Part shown: in pieces, positions 1-12,149 of the stretch | Layout: each line of letters begins with the position of its first letter | Position numbering within the stretch: the first letter of the stretch is position 1 | Assembly: GCA_028534125.1 (NCBI GenBank) | Contig: CM052817.1 | Coordinates: forward strand, 77,750,001 to 77,814,000 | From: Lama glama | Taxonomy: Eukaryota | Direction of reading: 5' to 3' | DNA length: 64,000 bases | Notes under the pieces: generated by a model | Told to the model about the DNA's origin: nothing | Databases searched by the model: none | What the model saw: only the letters and a program-made list of their open reading frames with translations | Translations under genes and position numbers: made by a program

Positions 1-163
1 AATTTTTTAAAATGCTGAATTGTATGAGCTGTTTATATATTTTGGATATTATCCCCTTATCAGTCATATCATTTGCAAATACTTTCTCCCGTCCAGTAGG
101 TTGTCTTTTCATTTTGTTGATGGTTTCCTTTTCTGTGCAAAAGCTTTTAAGTTTAATTAGGGT
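1..163 (-). mobile_element. L1 LINE fragment (ORF2 3' region, antisense), running off the window start
   Basis: Reads 'tcatttgcaaatactttctccc...ggtttccttttctgtgcaaaagcttttaagtttaattagg', typical antisense L1 ORF2. It closely resembles 38945-39100 in this window. Confidence 0.85.
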
Positions 164-779
164 TAGGGATAAGAGAGATCTCTTTCTACTTTGAATAGCT
201 TAGATGTAATTAAGCCTTGCATGTAAGAAAATAAGTAGCCAGTAAGCAGGCATTTATGATATAATAAGAGAAACTAAAACAAGACAGACTATAAACTGGA
301 TGTGATCCTAGCTGTTGAGAAGCCAAGGAGCAGAGCTTCTCAATCATTACACAAATGCACTATTGGTGCTGAGGTGTGAGATTCTGGGTAGAGACTAAAA
401 GGAAGTAGTTCAAGGTGGCATTCTGGAGATGATGAAACAGTTGTTATGTGAACCAGATAGGGAAGACCTATTGTGAGTTAAAGAAGCTGTTCTCTGCACG
501 GAGGATATTGTAAAATCTCTGATACAGGAGTTGCAGGGTACACAGAGCTTTCCTAACATAAGGGGAGTTTACTGGTGAAAGTATAGAGTGTGATGAGAGT
601 GGTTGGATGGAGTAGAAGCATGGAGTGAATAATCTTAAAGTATATGGTTTAAGTATGGTTTGGAGGTTATTAGAAAATTACTGGAGACCTAATGAGAAGG
701 ATTTTTGTTGTCTGTGTTTCTCTCTCTCTCCCCCATACACACACACACTTCTTGGATTCTCTATCTGGAGTACCTCTTT

Positions 780-1625
780 ATTCCTCCTTTTTCTGCTCCC
801 CAACCCCCTTGCTTGACTAACCCTTGCAGAGTCTTCAGGTCTCAGTTTTCAGTCTTCTTTCAGAAAGTTGCCCCTGACCACAGGCTGAGTTAGGTCTTTT
901 CCTATGTGTTCTAATATCCTCTGCTTACCCCTGTCAAATCTATTTTCTTTGTCTATTGCTATGTAATAAATTACCACAAACATAGTAGCTTGAAACAATA
1001 AAATTTATTTTCTCAGAGTTTCTGTGGGTCAAGATCTAGGACCAAGATCAAGATGTTGGCTGGCTATATCCTCATTTGGAGGCTTGACTAGGGAAAGTTA
1101 AGTTTCCAAGCTCCTTCATGTTGTTGGCAGAATTTATTTCCTTACAGCTGTAGAACTGAGGTCCCTGTTTTCTTAATAGCTATCGACTGGGCCCACTCTC
1201 AGCTCAAGTCGTTACCATGTGGTCCTGTCTACACACAGCAGTTTGCTTCTTCAGGACCAGCAGGAGAATCTTTCTTCTCAGTCTTCTAAGACTCAGTCTT
1301 ATGTAACATTGTGTAATCACAGGATGACTACCCGTCACCTCTGATGTATGTTGTAACCTAATCAATGGAATGACTACCCCCTTATATTCATAAATCATAC
1401 TTAAGGGGAAGGAATTGTACATGGTGTGTACACCAGGGTTAGGGGATTGTAGGGAATCTCGAAATTCTGCCTACCAAAATATCCTTTATCATATTGCGTT
1501 ATAATTGCCAACTTACTGAGATTTCAGAGAGACTGTATCTTGGTGACCCTGTAGCTTCTTCTTTGCATACTGTTTGGCAGATGCTGGGCTCCCAATAGAT
1601 ACTTGCTCAGTTACTTAATAAATTT
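780..1625 (+). mobile_element. L2 LINE 3' fragment, split by an MLT1 LTR
   Basis: L2-like 'ctgaccacaggctgagttagg' lies before 940 and an L2 3'-end-like 'gggctcccaatagatacttg' lies after 1480. The sequence is highly diverged. Confidence 0.5.
940..1477 (-). mobile_element. MaLR (MLT1-type) solo LTR
   Basis: Starts with 'ctattgctatgtaataaattaccacaaacatagtagcttgaaacaa...tttctgtgggtcaag' and ends with 'aattctgcctacca', the reverse complement of the MLT1 5' end TGTGGTAGGCAGAAT. Confidence 0.8.
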
Positions 1626-2039
1626 TGACAAGTCAGTTTGGATAGTTGACAGCATGGAGGCCCAAAGAGGTAAGATTTTAATAAGCTGCACATTTAGTGC
1701 AATCTAGGTGAAAAGATGCTATTGAATGGCAATAAAGAAAGAGAAACTGTGAACTAAATCCACAGTCTGCAGAATCAGTGAATGAAGATAGTATTGCTGT
1801 GGTGATGGAGAAATGGGATGCTGTGTTTTTGGAGCTGGTGATATGTGACACTCAGTTAGCAATGTTTGGTCAATTTTATTGCGTATGATGTTAAACAGGT
1901 AAGAATGAGCAGTTCCCAGTAATTGTGCTGCAGTGTGGAAGGCCATCATGATAGTCATTGCTTTTAAAAAAATGAGCTTTTCCTCTGATTAAGGCACAAA
2001 GCTAAATACTACTAGAGAATGCATCAGGGCTGAATCAAG

Positions 2040-2475
2040 TAAATGTAGGGAATTTAAAGGAGATAATTGGTTTACTTAGATGATGGAGGAGCAGAGAAGC
2101 CAAAGGGGAGAGTAAAGCAAACCACAGATTAGCAACATCAGGAAACTACTACCATCTGGGTGTACACAGGGAAAGGGTGAGTGTAGAAGTTTGGGGGCTA
2201 TGGTTTTAAAACTAGGATCATAGAGGAGAGTTAGCTGTCTCCAGAAACACTGGCTGACTCAAAAGGAGGAGGAATGCCCTGGCTTCCCCCTTCCTCCCAT
2301 TCTTTAATCTCCACCTAGGAGATTAATTGAACCTATTAATTGAACCCAGCTGTATGCAATTGATAAGGGAGCAGGGAAATGCAAGCAAGCAGGCATTAGC
2401 CCTCTTCTCCCAGAGTCTCCTAGTCTGGGGATGGAGATGAGAAATGGACCTGAGGGCAAACAAGCTCAGAATCAG
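2040..2475. mobile_element. Probable ancient ERVL-type LTR remnant
   Basis: Purine-rich block with 'attgaacccagctg...taagggagcagggaaatgc', resembling old ERVL LTRs. The family is not resolved. Confidence 0.35.
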
Positions 2476-2719
2476 CACTGGGTCATAAAGATAAATGGCA
2501 AGAATCTGTCCTCAAGGGACTTACATTCCAGTAGAGGAAACAAGGCACACATAGAGATAACCATAATACAGGAGAGATCAACATTTTTCTGGCATAAAAA
2601 TTGCTGACTTTGCCAATGGCAGTCTGAGGGGCATGATTAAAAAAGAAGTAAAACCAAACAAGTGAAAAATAAGATTTCTGGCACTCAAAATGGATAGTTT
2701 GTATAAAGAATTAAATCAG

Positions 2720-3330
2720 ATGTTGACTGGACTTGTGTTTCACACTTTAATCAGCCAAAACCAAGAAGTAAATTTTAGAAGAAAATTTGGAATACATGTA
2801 TGGCTAAGGTGAGATGATTTAAAGAAAGACAGGAAACCTAGAACCTATAAGGTGATAGAAATTGATTATGCAAAATATTTTTGAAGTGTGGCAAAACACC
2901 ATAAACCATAAAGTAGGCATATGTATGATAAATCAAGAAAGAACGTTTGTAACACATGGCACAGAAAGAGTCAATACATACAGTGTGCCTTCGAAGTAAG
3001 AAAGAAGACAACCAAATAGAAAAGTTAGCAGAAATATTGGAAGTTCACACAGCAAAGTAAAATAATATGATTCAGTTTTTGTAAAGCAAGGCATTATAGA
3101 AAAGTCCTTCATGTGTGATTTGCGAAAATACAGATAAATTTGAAAGGTTGCATATCTAGCTGGCTTCTTATGTTAGTTACTAGAAGGAAGGAGCAGAGGG
3201 ATATGGGCTAGAGATCAGGTAATGGGGGATAAACAGAAGAAAAATGAGTAAATAAGAAAAATTTGAACAACACCTAATGTATAAATATGGTCCCTTTTCT
3301 GTAAAATGATAGAAGTATGTGGCTATGCAT
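2720..3330 (+). mobile_element. Old L1 (L1M/L1ME-type) 3' fragments
   Basis: A-rich sense-strand remnants, including 'gtgtggcaaaacaccataaac', 'aaagaagacaaccaaatagaaaagttagcag' and 'aatatgattcagtttttgtaaa'. Confidence 0.55.
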
Positions 3331-3371
3331 GTTTATGTATACTATATGTATAATAAACACTATATAGTATA

Positions 3372-3975
3372 TACTGCTACCACTGCCCCCACTGTAGTTC
3401 AAGCACCATCACCTCTCACCTTGATTCAGGCTGGTGTCTTCTGTTTTCCCTGTTCCACACTTGCCTTCTTACAGTCCATCCCCCAAGCAGCAGCTGGAGT
3501 GGGTCTTTGAAAAGTTAAGTCAGTTCTGATCAATACTGTCCCGAGGCTTTCCAATGAATGCACTCAGAGTAGAATCTAGGCCTGGTAGCTTTTCCAACAT
3601 CATGTCATGCTACCCTCCCCATCCCTCAGGACACTCCAGCCACACTGATCCTCGCTGTTTTCTGAGGCATCCTGAATGCCATCTCACTTCACACCTTTAA
3701 TTCTTGCTGTCCACTCTGCCCAGATGTCCCCATCTTCTTATTCTCACCTCCACACCTCTGCTCAAATGTTACCACATCAGAAAGGATTTTCCTGATGACC
3801 CCCTCTAAAATAACATCTTTACTCTGTAACACTAGTAGTCTTTTAAAACTTTTCTTCAGAACTCCTACTGGTACCAGACATGTGCCTAGAATTAAAAAAA
3901 ACTTGACGACATAGACTGTGAGTCATATGGCACACAGTAGGCACAAATGATTTGCGGAATGAAGGAATGAATGCA
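3372..3975 (+). mobile_element. L2 LINE 3' end
   Basis: Runs from 'ctgtagttcaagcaccatcacctctcacc' through 'tctgctcaaatgttaccacatcag' to 'ggcacacagtaggcacaaatgatttgcggaatgaaggaatgaatg', ending in the L2 (TGAA)n-like tail. Confidence 0.8.
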
Positions 3976-4377
3976 ATGACTGGAGATGTTTGGGATAGAA
4001 CAATCAGCAAAATATTGGTAATGATAGGTTTTATGTGCTATTTGCTGCTTCTTTATACTTTTCTAATTGCTTGAGTAAGTAACAATGTTTAAACATTTTT
4101 CCCTATTGACAAATCAGAATTTGGCTTACATTTTTCTAGGGAACTTCAAGATGTTACTTTAGCTTTGTCTCTGTATTTTCTAGACATGGGCAGAAAGTTG
4201 TATATCCAGGAATCTAGCTCTTACATCACATATATGTGCCCTGCATCTTACTGTTTACTGCAGTGGAGGGAGATAATGTGTCTTGTCCATGTCAGAAAAC
4301 AAATCACTAATGTTTGCTGTAGTGCTAGAGAAGGTAGACCCATGTTTTGATTTACTTCAAAGTGATTAAAAAAAATA

Positions 4378-4535
4378 AGATAGATTAATGGGTGAATAGA
4401 GGGATGCATAGACATGTAATAAAACAAGATGGTAATATATTATTGATAGAATCTACATGGTAAGTATATGTCTTCACTGTAAAATTCCTTCAACTTAAAA
4501 TATTTGAAAAGTTTCACAAAATTTTTGAAAAAGTG
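4378..4535 (+). mobile_element. L1ME-type 3' UTR fragment
   Basis: 'gatagaatctacatggtaagtatatgtcttcactgtaaaattccttcaactt' resembles L1ME 3' ends. Confidence 0.55.
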
Positions 4536-5165
4536 AATAATTTAAGCACAATAGAATTTAAATAGTATAATACTTAAAACTACTTTTTTTTTTTGATGAG
4601 AAAGGAAAAATGAATTTAGCTAATTTGATGAAAGCACTAATAGTGTTCTTAGATATAGTAAAATATTTTAGCCTATTTAATGTTTTAGGATTTATGGTTG
4701 TTTAAACCACATTTGTTTGATTGGAAAAAAATCCATTTTGATCATTTGATAGTATGACTTCATCAAGCATCTTTTGTACTTTAAGCATTTATGAAAGAAG
4801 CAATTAGAGTCTGGTCTTTTTCGTTTAATTGGGGCTTTTGGAAGCTTACTGAAAAACACCCTTCTAAACATGACAAGCCATTAAGAGCTGTTGTGCTGTA
4901 CTACAATTAGCTCTGTTAATAATAGCTTTTCCAGGAAAAGAATTTAATGACTGTGCAGAATCAAAAAATCTAAATAAAGTATCATTGTGTATATTACTTC
5001 AATGTTTTCTTTGTTTTTCATGTGATAAATAGGGAGAAAAATTTGTCTCAGTGTTAAATATCATTACCTTCTAAAACACTACTCTAAAAACACATTCCAT
5101 TGTGCCTCACTGTTCATTACACAGAGGCTGTAGAGAGGAAGAGACAGAATTTTAACTCATGATAT

Positions 5166-5357
5166 TTGTCTTTCTCCTCCTCCCACCTCCCTCCCTCCCT
5201 CTCATTATCTCACCCCTACCCTCCTTCTCTATCTTCTTGTAGTTCTTCATCCTCTTCCCTCTCTTTTCTTCTTTCTCTTCCTCCCTCCTTGTCCTCCTCC
5301 TCCTCCTCCTCCCCCTCCTATCTGTTTCTTTCTCTGTCCCTTCCCTCCCTTTTGCCT
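5166..5357. repeat. CT-rich polypyrimidine low-complexity tract (~190 bp)
   Basis: Almost entirely C/T, with (TCC)n runs. It explains the Ser/Pro/Leu ORF at 5166-5360. Confidence 0.9.
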
Positions 5358-5429
5358 TAGGCTGCCAGAGAGAGGTGCCAGGTCATTTCTACATGGTCAT
5401 TTCTCCTACTAATGAGATTATATTGAGGT

Positions 5430-6050
5430 TGAATGTAGAGGGATGTTAGATTCTCCATTTGAGTTGTATAAGGTATATATTTTCATTGTTGGTTATAATA
5501 ATCAGTTTCTTTCCCTTTTTTTTTTTGCTACTAGGTCTTTATCTGATTCAAAAAGAGATATATTAAAATTTTCTACTATGAATGTATTTTTAATCAAGTT
5601 CTCCTTCCATCATAATGGTTTTTGCTTTATGTAGTTAGCACCTTTGTTGATTGGTGCATTCATACAATGCACGTTTTTCGTGCATTGTACCTTTTGTCAT
5701 GGTATGACTTCCCTTCTTTCCTAGTTTAGTTTTTCCTCTGCTTATCAAGTTTAAGAGGATACCTTAAGTTCTGTATTGATATTAATATTGCTGTTCCTTT
5801 TTTTCTTTTTGCTTGCATTTGCCTGGTATTTTCTTGCCCATCTATTTTCAGTTTTTAAATTATTTTATTTTAAATAATTTTTACTTACACTTTCTTCTTT
5901 TTTAATTCAATATGACTAACTCTTTTAATAGAAGTATGTGGTCCATTGACATTGAACATACTAATTTTTCTTATTTTTTCTCTTATTTTAAATTATTATT
6001 TGCAGTTTATTCTTATATCCCTGGTTTGTTCAAGTTACTATTCATTCTAT
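5430..6050 (-). mobile_element. Ancient L1 (L1M) antisense fragment
   Basis: T-rich, with L1 antisense motifs 'gatatattaaaattttctactatg' and 'gatattaatattgct...tgcttgcatttgcctggtattttcttgcccatc'. Confidence 0.65.
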
Positions 6051-6289
6051 TCCCCTTCACTCTGACTTTAAGCACCTGTCTTCTGATGCTCAACGTCAGA
6101 TACATGTTTCTCTGCTACTGTTTAAAAACAAGATACCTAGGTTTGGGGGATTTTTTTCCCCAAACTTAAACACAGAGGAACTATATTGGCTCAAAGAACA
6201 CAGAATTCCAAAAGGTAGAGCAAAATAAAGAAATTAATACTTCACTAGACTCTCATTTTCTTTCTCTCTCTCTCTCTTCTCTGCTTTCT

Positions 6290-6385
6290 CTCTTTTTTTC
6301 AGCTTTATTTATGTATAATTGACAAAGTTGTAATATATTTCAAGTGTACGATGTGTTGATTTGATATATGTACACATTGTGAAAA
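6290..6385 (-). mobile_element. Short L1MA-type 3' tip
   Basis: Poly-T followed by 'cagctttatttatgtataattgacaaagttgtaatatatttcaagtgtac...tacacattgtgaaa'. Confidence 0.7.
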
Positions 6386-7598
6386 GAGATACCAACCTTT
6401 TCCCTACCAAAGCATTCTGCTCCTCCTCCTTATCTTTCCTCTCACTCCAATAAGATGAGCCTGTTAGCTTACTTTCACATGCTTATCTTTTCCTCTGTAG
6501 CCCATCAGATGAGAAGTTTGGAACATTTTTATTCCCCAGTCTCTTTGCCCCAATCCCACCTTGCCACTGTCCCTAACTTCTAGGTTAAAAGTTAAATACT
6601 TTTATTCTAAACTCATTAGACTTTCATCTCAAGAATTCTTATTTAGTACTTTTAAAGACAAATTCACAGTCTCCCATTATCTATTTAGATTTAAATATAT
6701 ATTTAGATCATACGTGTGTGTGCTGTATTAAAAACTCTTCAAGTTTTTTTTTTTGTTGTTCAGCTTGTCATAAGTCTCCCCAGAAGCTCTATTTAACCGA
6801 GTACCTACAGTCTTTGATCTTTCTCTTTCATGTCATCGTAACAGGTTGTATTTTTTTTTTTTGGTGTGGAGCTGGGTGCAGATCTTGGAGTGTCAGTGGT
6901 TTCGTTAGTAATATGCAAAGAATTCTGTGTCTAACTCCCTGGAGAATTGTGCATCAGGTAGACAGCCAGGCTCCATGTAAACAGCAGAGAGAATCTTCCT
7001 GCTCCTCTTTTCTTTTCACACTTCCCTGCCCTCTGAAATAGGGAAGCTTCAGCCTACTCCTTGGATTTCATAAATGTCAGTCATACTAAGAAACCCAACA
7101 AGAGACTAAATCAACCCTAGATGCTTGGGGTGCACAGAACTTTGAAGCTTTCCCCAGTATTCACCAAGCGTGAACTTCATCTTGAGGGTCTCAGAGTTTG
7201 GTTGGAAATGGTCCCACATTATTTCCTCTGCCAGGCCTTTTTCAGAACTCAGTATCTTACACTCAATGGCTCACCACCACCAACTGCTCCTTGGCTCAAA
7301 ATAGGCAAATAGATTCAACATAGGAATAGATGGAAATAAGACATTCAGACTTGATCACTGTCTTCCCCAAATCCTCTCAGAACAGGATTCCAGTCTTTAA
7401 AAAAATCAGTTAATTTTGTAAACCATTAGAATGTCTTTAAAATGGAGAAGTAAACAGAAATGAAGAAGAGCAGGATTTGGTCATGTCTAATATATAGATT
7501 GTGGTAGAAGTTATTTTCATTGACTGTCCAAAAAGCTTCCAGTAACCACTGCCCTTCCCTTGACCCAGCTCATGTAATTTGATCCTTGATAAAATGCT

Positions 7599-8025
7599 CT
7601 GTTAGTTAGGAATATTTGTTCTGCAAGTAACAGAAAATCAAATATGGCTTATGAAAAAGTGGAATTTATTTGCTATTATAACTGTCTTCAGCCTTACAGA
7701 CTTTGGGGAGGATAAGTAGAGGTATATTGAAAGTCAGATAACTAGTAGTTCAATTATGTCATTAGTGACTGGTTTTCTGCCTAACTTCCGTTCCTCTGTG
7801 GCAAAATGGTTTCCTCAAGATTGTAAGACGTCTGCCAATAATTTCCACTGATACTCATTTTCTCAGTCACATCTCTGTGGGAAAAATGTATCTCTCCATT
7901 AGCTTTCTGAGAAGAGCATGTAAACTTTGTTTCAAGAAACCCCGGCAAGCATCAACCACATTCCATTGTCCCTATTTGGATTCTATGCTGTAATAGACAG
8001 AAGTCTAGCCTAGTCAGTGACTTGC
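7599..8025 (-). mobile_element. Old MaLR LTR (MLT1J/K-like)
   Basis: The start 'tgttagttaggaatatttgttctgcaagtaacagaaaatc...tggcttatgaaaaagtggaatttatt' is typical of old MLT1 LTRs in reverse. Confidence 0.6.
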
Positions 8026-8099
8026 GCATAAGAGATCAAGGCCACACACATGTTAACCACACATGTTAATAAAGCACAGAAAGGTCCACCAACCCTCAC

Positions 8100-8415
8100 T
8101 TGTTGAGGTCACCAAAGATTTTCACTTTGCTAAATCTAGTGATCAATTCTCAGTCCTCATTTTGACTTGTTAGTATCATTTGACTCAATTGATCATCCAT
8201 CCATTCCTTGAAACAATTTCTTCCCTTTGCTTCCATGACTCTGCTCTCCTAGTTTTCCTCCTACTTCACTGGCTGCTCCAGTTTAGTCTCCTTTGCTGGT
8301 TCTTCTTCAAGATCCTAATATCTTATAGCCCTAGAGTAATCTTTAGACCTCTTCTTTTTTCTGCCTACACTCATTGCCTTCATAGTCTCATCCAGTTTTA
8401 TGGCTTTAAATGAGA
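8100..8415 (+). mobile_element. L2 LINE ORF2 remnant
   Basis: 'aggtcaccaaagattttcactttgctaaatctagtgatcaattctcagtcctcattttgact...ccttgaaacaatttcttccctttgcttccatgac' matches the L2 RT-region pattern. Confidence 0.8.
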
Positions 8416-8489
8416 TTGTAAAAACTGTGTATAATCAACATCATCATCATCTAGCAAAACATACCAAATCTACATCATTTTTATCACTT

Positions 8490-8705
8490 AAAGCCAGAGA
8501 AACGTTATCTCATTTACTCCTGGCAGAACTTTATTAAGTAGACAGAGTTATTGTCTCCACTTTACAGATGAGAAAACTGTGGCTGAAGACAATGTAATTG
8601 ACTTGGGTAAGGTCACCAGTAACGGGCAAGGTCAGAGAGAGAAGGTGATAGAGCTAGGCTTTGAACCTGGACAGATTATTCCAGAGCCATTCTTAACCAC
8701 TGTGT
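8490..8705 (-). mobile_element. MIR SINE
   Basis: Contains the MIR core in reverse, 'ccactttacagatgagaaaactgtggct...gacttgggtaaggtcac...gagctaggctttgaacctgg'. Confidence 0.8.
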
Positions 8706-9229
8706 TATTACCTCTACAGTATCAACAACTTCTTGATATGCAGCACCTCTGAAAGGCATTAATTTGCTGTTCATGCCAGTATGTGAAGTTTTCATGGTGC
8801 CCTGCTTTCATGTACCTGTTTTTCTGTTGCAGAGGATTTCCTAAAAAATTTTAGTTTCTGTCTCAGATGACTTCAAAATTTTCACCAGTGCGTTGTCCTG
8901 CTACTAGGAAAACTTTAGAGGCCAATATGCCTGTGATTCTGTTTTCTTAAAAAAAAAAGAAAAAGACTGAACTGACATTAAAAACATTAAAAAGAAGCCT
9001 AAAACACTCTTTGAAACTTTTCTTTCCCTGCCTAATGCCTCTTTTATTTCTGACCTTCTTTACCATCTTACTGATAGAATGCCTTTATAGAATAAAACAT
9101 TTAAATTTGATAAAATAAATAAAATAATAAATAGATAAAATGAAATATTTTTGTTTCAGATGGCAAATTAAGGACAACCTTAATTTACTATCTGAATTTC
9201 AACTTCATTATTCTGCTGAGCTTACTACT

Positions 9230-10500
9230 GTATTACTTTTTACCTCATAATTGCCAAATCCAGTGTACATTTTTTTAGTCTCTATTTTACTCAGTTTTTC
9301 TCTGGCATTTGACAGTGTTGATTTGTCCCTCTTTGAAAGTATTTCCTCCCGTGAGTTCCATGACATCATGCTATTCTGTATTTTCTACTATTTCTGTAAC
9401 ATTTTTTTGGGAGCAGCCCTTACTTGAATTATGATTAAGTTTGATTTTCTCCAGGGTTATTAGTCCTCATCTCATTATTTTCTTTCCCTGGATATTGTTG
9501 TCCAGCTCTGAGCCTTAAATTATCATTAAAAAATGAATAACCCTAAATATGTATCTTCTGCTGGAGGTCTAATAAGTCCCTTAGTCAGCATATGTGGAAC
9601 TGAGCAATGTGGCTCCCCTTTCTCCACTGTGAAACTATTCCACTTTTCTTTTCCCTGTCTGCATTAAGGATATGCCACTACCCCTATCCAAAGTCCAGGA
9701 AGCTCTAAGCTATCTGGTGCTTCCTCTATTCTCTACCTTCAGTACCCAAGTGGCCACTCATGTTGTATCTCAAGTCTGTCATCTCTACAGCATCACCAAT
9801 GGCCTTATGTTAGTTCAAGCACTATTCATCTCTAGCCTGAACTGTAACAGTAGCTTGTTATTTGATCCTCCTAATTTTAGACATGCTCCTGCAATTGTTT
9901 TCCAATATTGTTACCAGAGTGAGCTTTCCAATTTTAGTCAGACCATATCATACCCCAGATGCTCGGAAGAGGCAGTTCAAGCTCAATAATGCCTTTTCTA
10001 ATCTAGCCCCAGCTTGTTTCTCCAGCCTCATTTCCTGCTACTTCTTACTTCTTAACTTCTTCCTTTCCTCCTTCTCCTTTTTTTCATCCTCTTTTCTCTC
10101 CCCCTTTTTTCTTCTTTTTCTTTCCACACCCTCCTCTTCTTTCTCTTCCTTCAGTATTAAATGGTTGTTCTCTGAAAATGGCCTAGGCCATCTGAAACAT
10201 CTTTCCCCACCTTATTCACCTGTTGAACTCCTGTTCATCCTAGTAAGGCCAATTCATGTACTATTCTTTCCAGTTTCTCCAGACGGAGCTCATTACTGCT
10301 TTCCTTGGACCACTTTGGTAATGTGGTCATTCTTTATTATGCGTAAGGCTATCTAGTTACAACTTGTTTGGATTCTGTGATTCTTACCAGATTGTGAGTT
10401 TCTTAAAGGTAGTAACTCTGTTTTTATCATCTTTTTCTCCCCTTTTACAATGTTCAGCATATAATAGAGGGTCAGTATTTGTTGAGCTGGGTTTAACTGA
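9230..10500 (+). mobile_element. L2 LINE (long decayed fragment with an internal CT-rich expansion at ~10040-10150)
   Basis: Contains 'ttgccaaatccagtg...ggcatttgacagtgttga', 'tagttcaagcactattcatctctagcctgaact' and an L2 3' end 'gattgtgagtttcttaaaggtag...cagtatttgttgag'. Confidence 0.75.
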
Positions 10501-11324
10501 AACCATAAGTTAGACCATTTTCCTTGGGATATAATAATATTCCTAAAAATGATATCATACATTTTAATATCAGCTTACTGTGCAGTGTGCACTTCTGTGC
10601 ATCTGTCTATTAAACCTAAGTAATTTTCACCAGAAGTTAAGCATATAAGGAATCACATTTACTATTCCATGTCGTTAAGATGGAATTACTAAATGGTAAT
10701 TTAGTATTATTAACAAAATATGTATGTTATTTTGTGCTAAAAATCCTTAACATTTTCCATACGGAAAAATCATTTCTACTTTCTCATGAAAATGACAGCA
10801 AAGGCAGTGCCATCTGGGATAACATTAATAGCTGAATCTAAATAAATGTGGTTACATCATTCTCATAGAATCTTAAGTTTCATATTCTTGAGTCATCTAT
10901 TTTTACAGTTTCAAGTTTATAGCATATATAGAGATAGATTATTTAATAATGACAAAAGAATTAATTCTGCTTGTTATCAGAAAGAGCTCAGCTATATTTA
11001 GCTTTTAAAAACAAATTTAAGAGCTGTGGAAAAATGAACCCTGCAAATTTGTCTAATCTGTTTTTATAGTCAGGGCATACCAAAAATTAATTGCTATCGA
11101 CCTTTTCTCCCAATAGTTCTGTCTTTTCTGTCATCTCCCTCAAACTTTAAAACTTGAAAGAAGAAGAATATGCTCATGGAAATTTAGCTTTCCATTAGTG
11201 AATAAGACTTTTATCACATGTCAACTTCTCTCCCTTTGAATACTTGGTTTATGATGGGAAAGACTTATAAAATTAACTCTATGTAACTACTTCTGTCTTA
11301 CTTCTAAGTCATAAGCAGGTGACA

Positions 11325-11820
11325 TTTTTTTTTCACTGAAGTGAAAATTATGTAACAAAATTAACCTTGTTAAAATGAACAATTTAGTGGTATTTAGTAC
11401 ATGCACAATGTTGTGCAACCATGACCTCTGTCTAGTTCTAAAATAATTTTATCATGCATACTTTTTGTTTCCCTTCCTGCCCCATATTCTGGTGACTGCC
11501 AGTCTGCTTTCTGTTTTTATGGGTTTACCTATTTTAGATATTTCATTTAAATGGAGTAATACAATATGCGATATTCTGTATCTGGCTTCTTCCACTTAGA
11601 ATAATATTTTGAGGTCCATCCAAGTTGTACCATGTATCAGTACTTCATTCCTTTTCATAGCTGAGTAACATTCCATTGTATGTACATACCACAATTTGTT
11701 TATCCATACATTCACATTTGGGTTTTGTCCACCTTTTGGCTATTGTGAATATGCTGCTATGAACATTCATGTACAAGTAATTGTTTGATTACCTGTTTTC
11801 AATGGGTTGGTGTATTTTTG
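11325..11820 (-). mobile_element. L1MB-type 3' end
   Basis: Poly-T followed by 'aatttagtggtatttagtacatgcacaatgttgtgcaacc...tggcttcttccacttagaataat...ttggctattgtgaatatgctgctatgaacattcatgtacaag'. Confidence 0.85.
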
Positions 11821-12149
11821 ACAAAGATATAAGAGCAAGTCTTTTGAATTTTGGAAAGCTGTTTGCAAGTTTAACTGAATATAGACAATTTTCTCATTTT
11901 GGGATGTAACTAAAAACTAAATTTCAGAGCTTTGAGCCCTTTTTTTTTTGTTTTATGAAACTGACCACTTCCATTCCTGGAACAAAGCACCAGGACTAAC
12001 AGTCGTGGGGAGTTCAATTCAGTTGTTCATATTTGTTGAAATTTGTTGAACTTCTAAAACAGAAAGGCAATTTCTATTATATGTCAGATACTGTATTTGA
12101 TTGGGAGTGCAGAAATAAATTTCACTGTAAGAAGCTTATATGTAATGGG

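Noticed and set aside
2323..2347. Short tandem duplication attaattgaacc x2 (similar cases at ~8045-8069 and ~43937-43968)
   Set aside because: These are ordinary slippage micro-duplications with no array structure.
9672..10356. 105-aa and 164-aa ORFs resembling membrane proteins
   Set aside because: They lie in a decayed L2 plus a CT-rich tract, and the F/S/L bias comes from low complexity.
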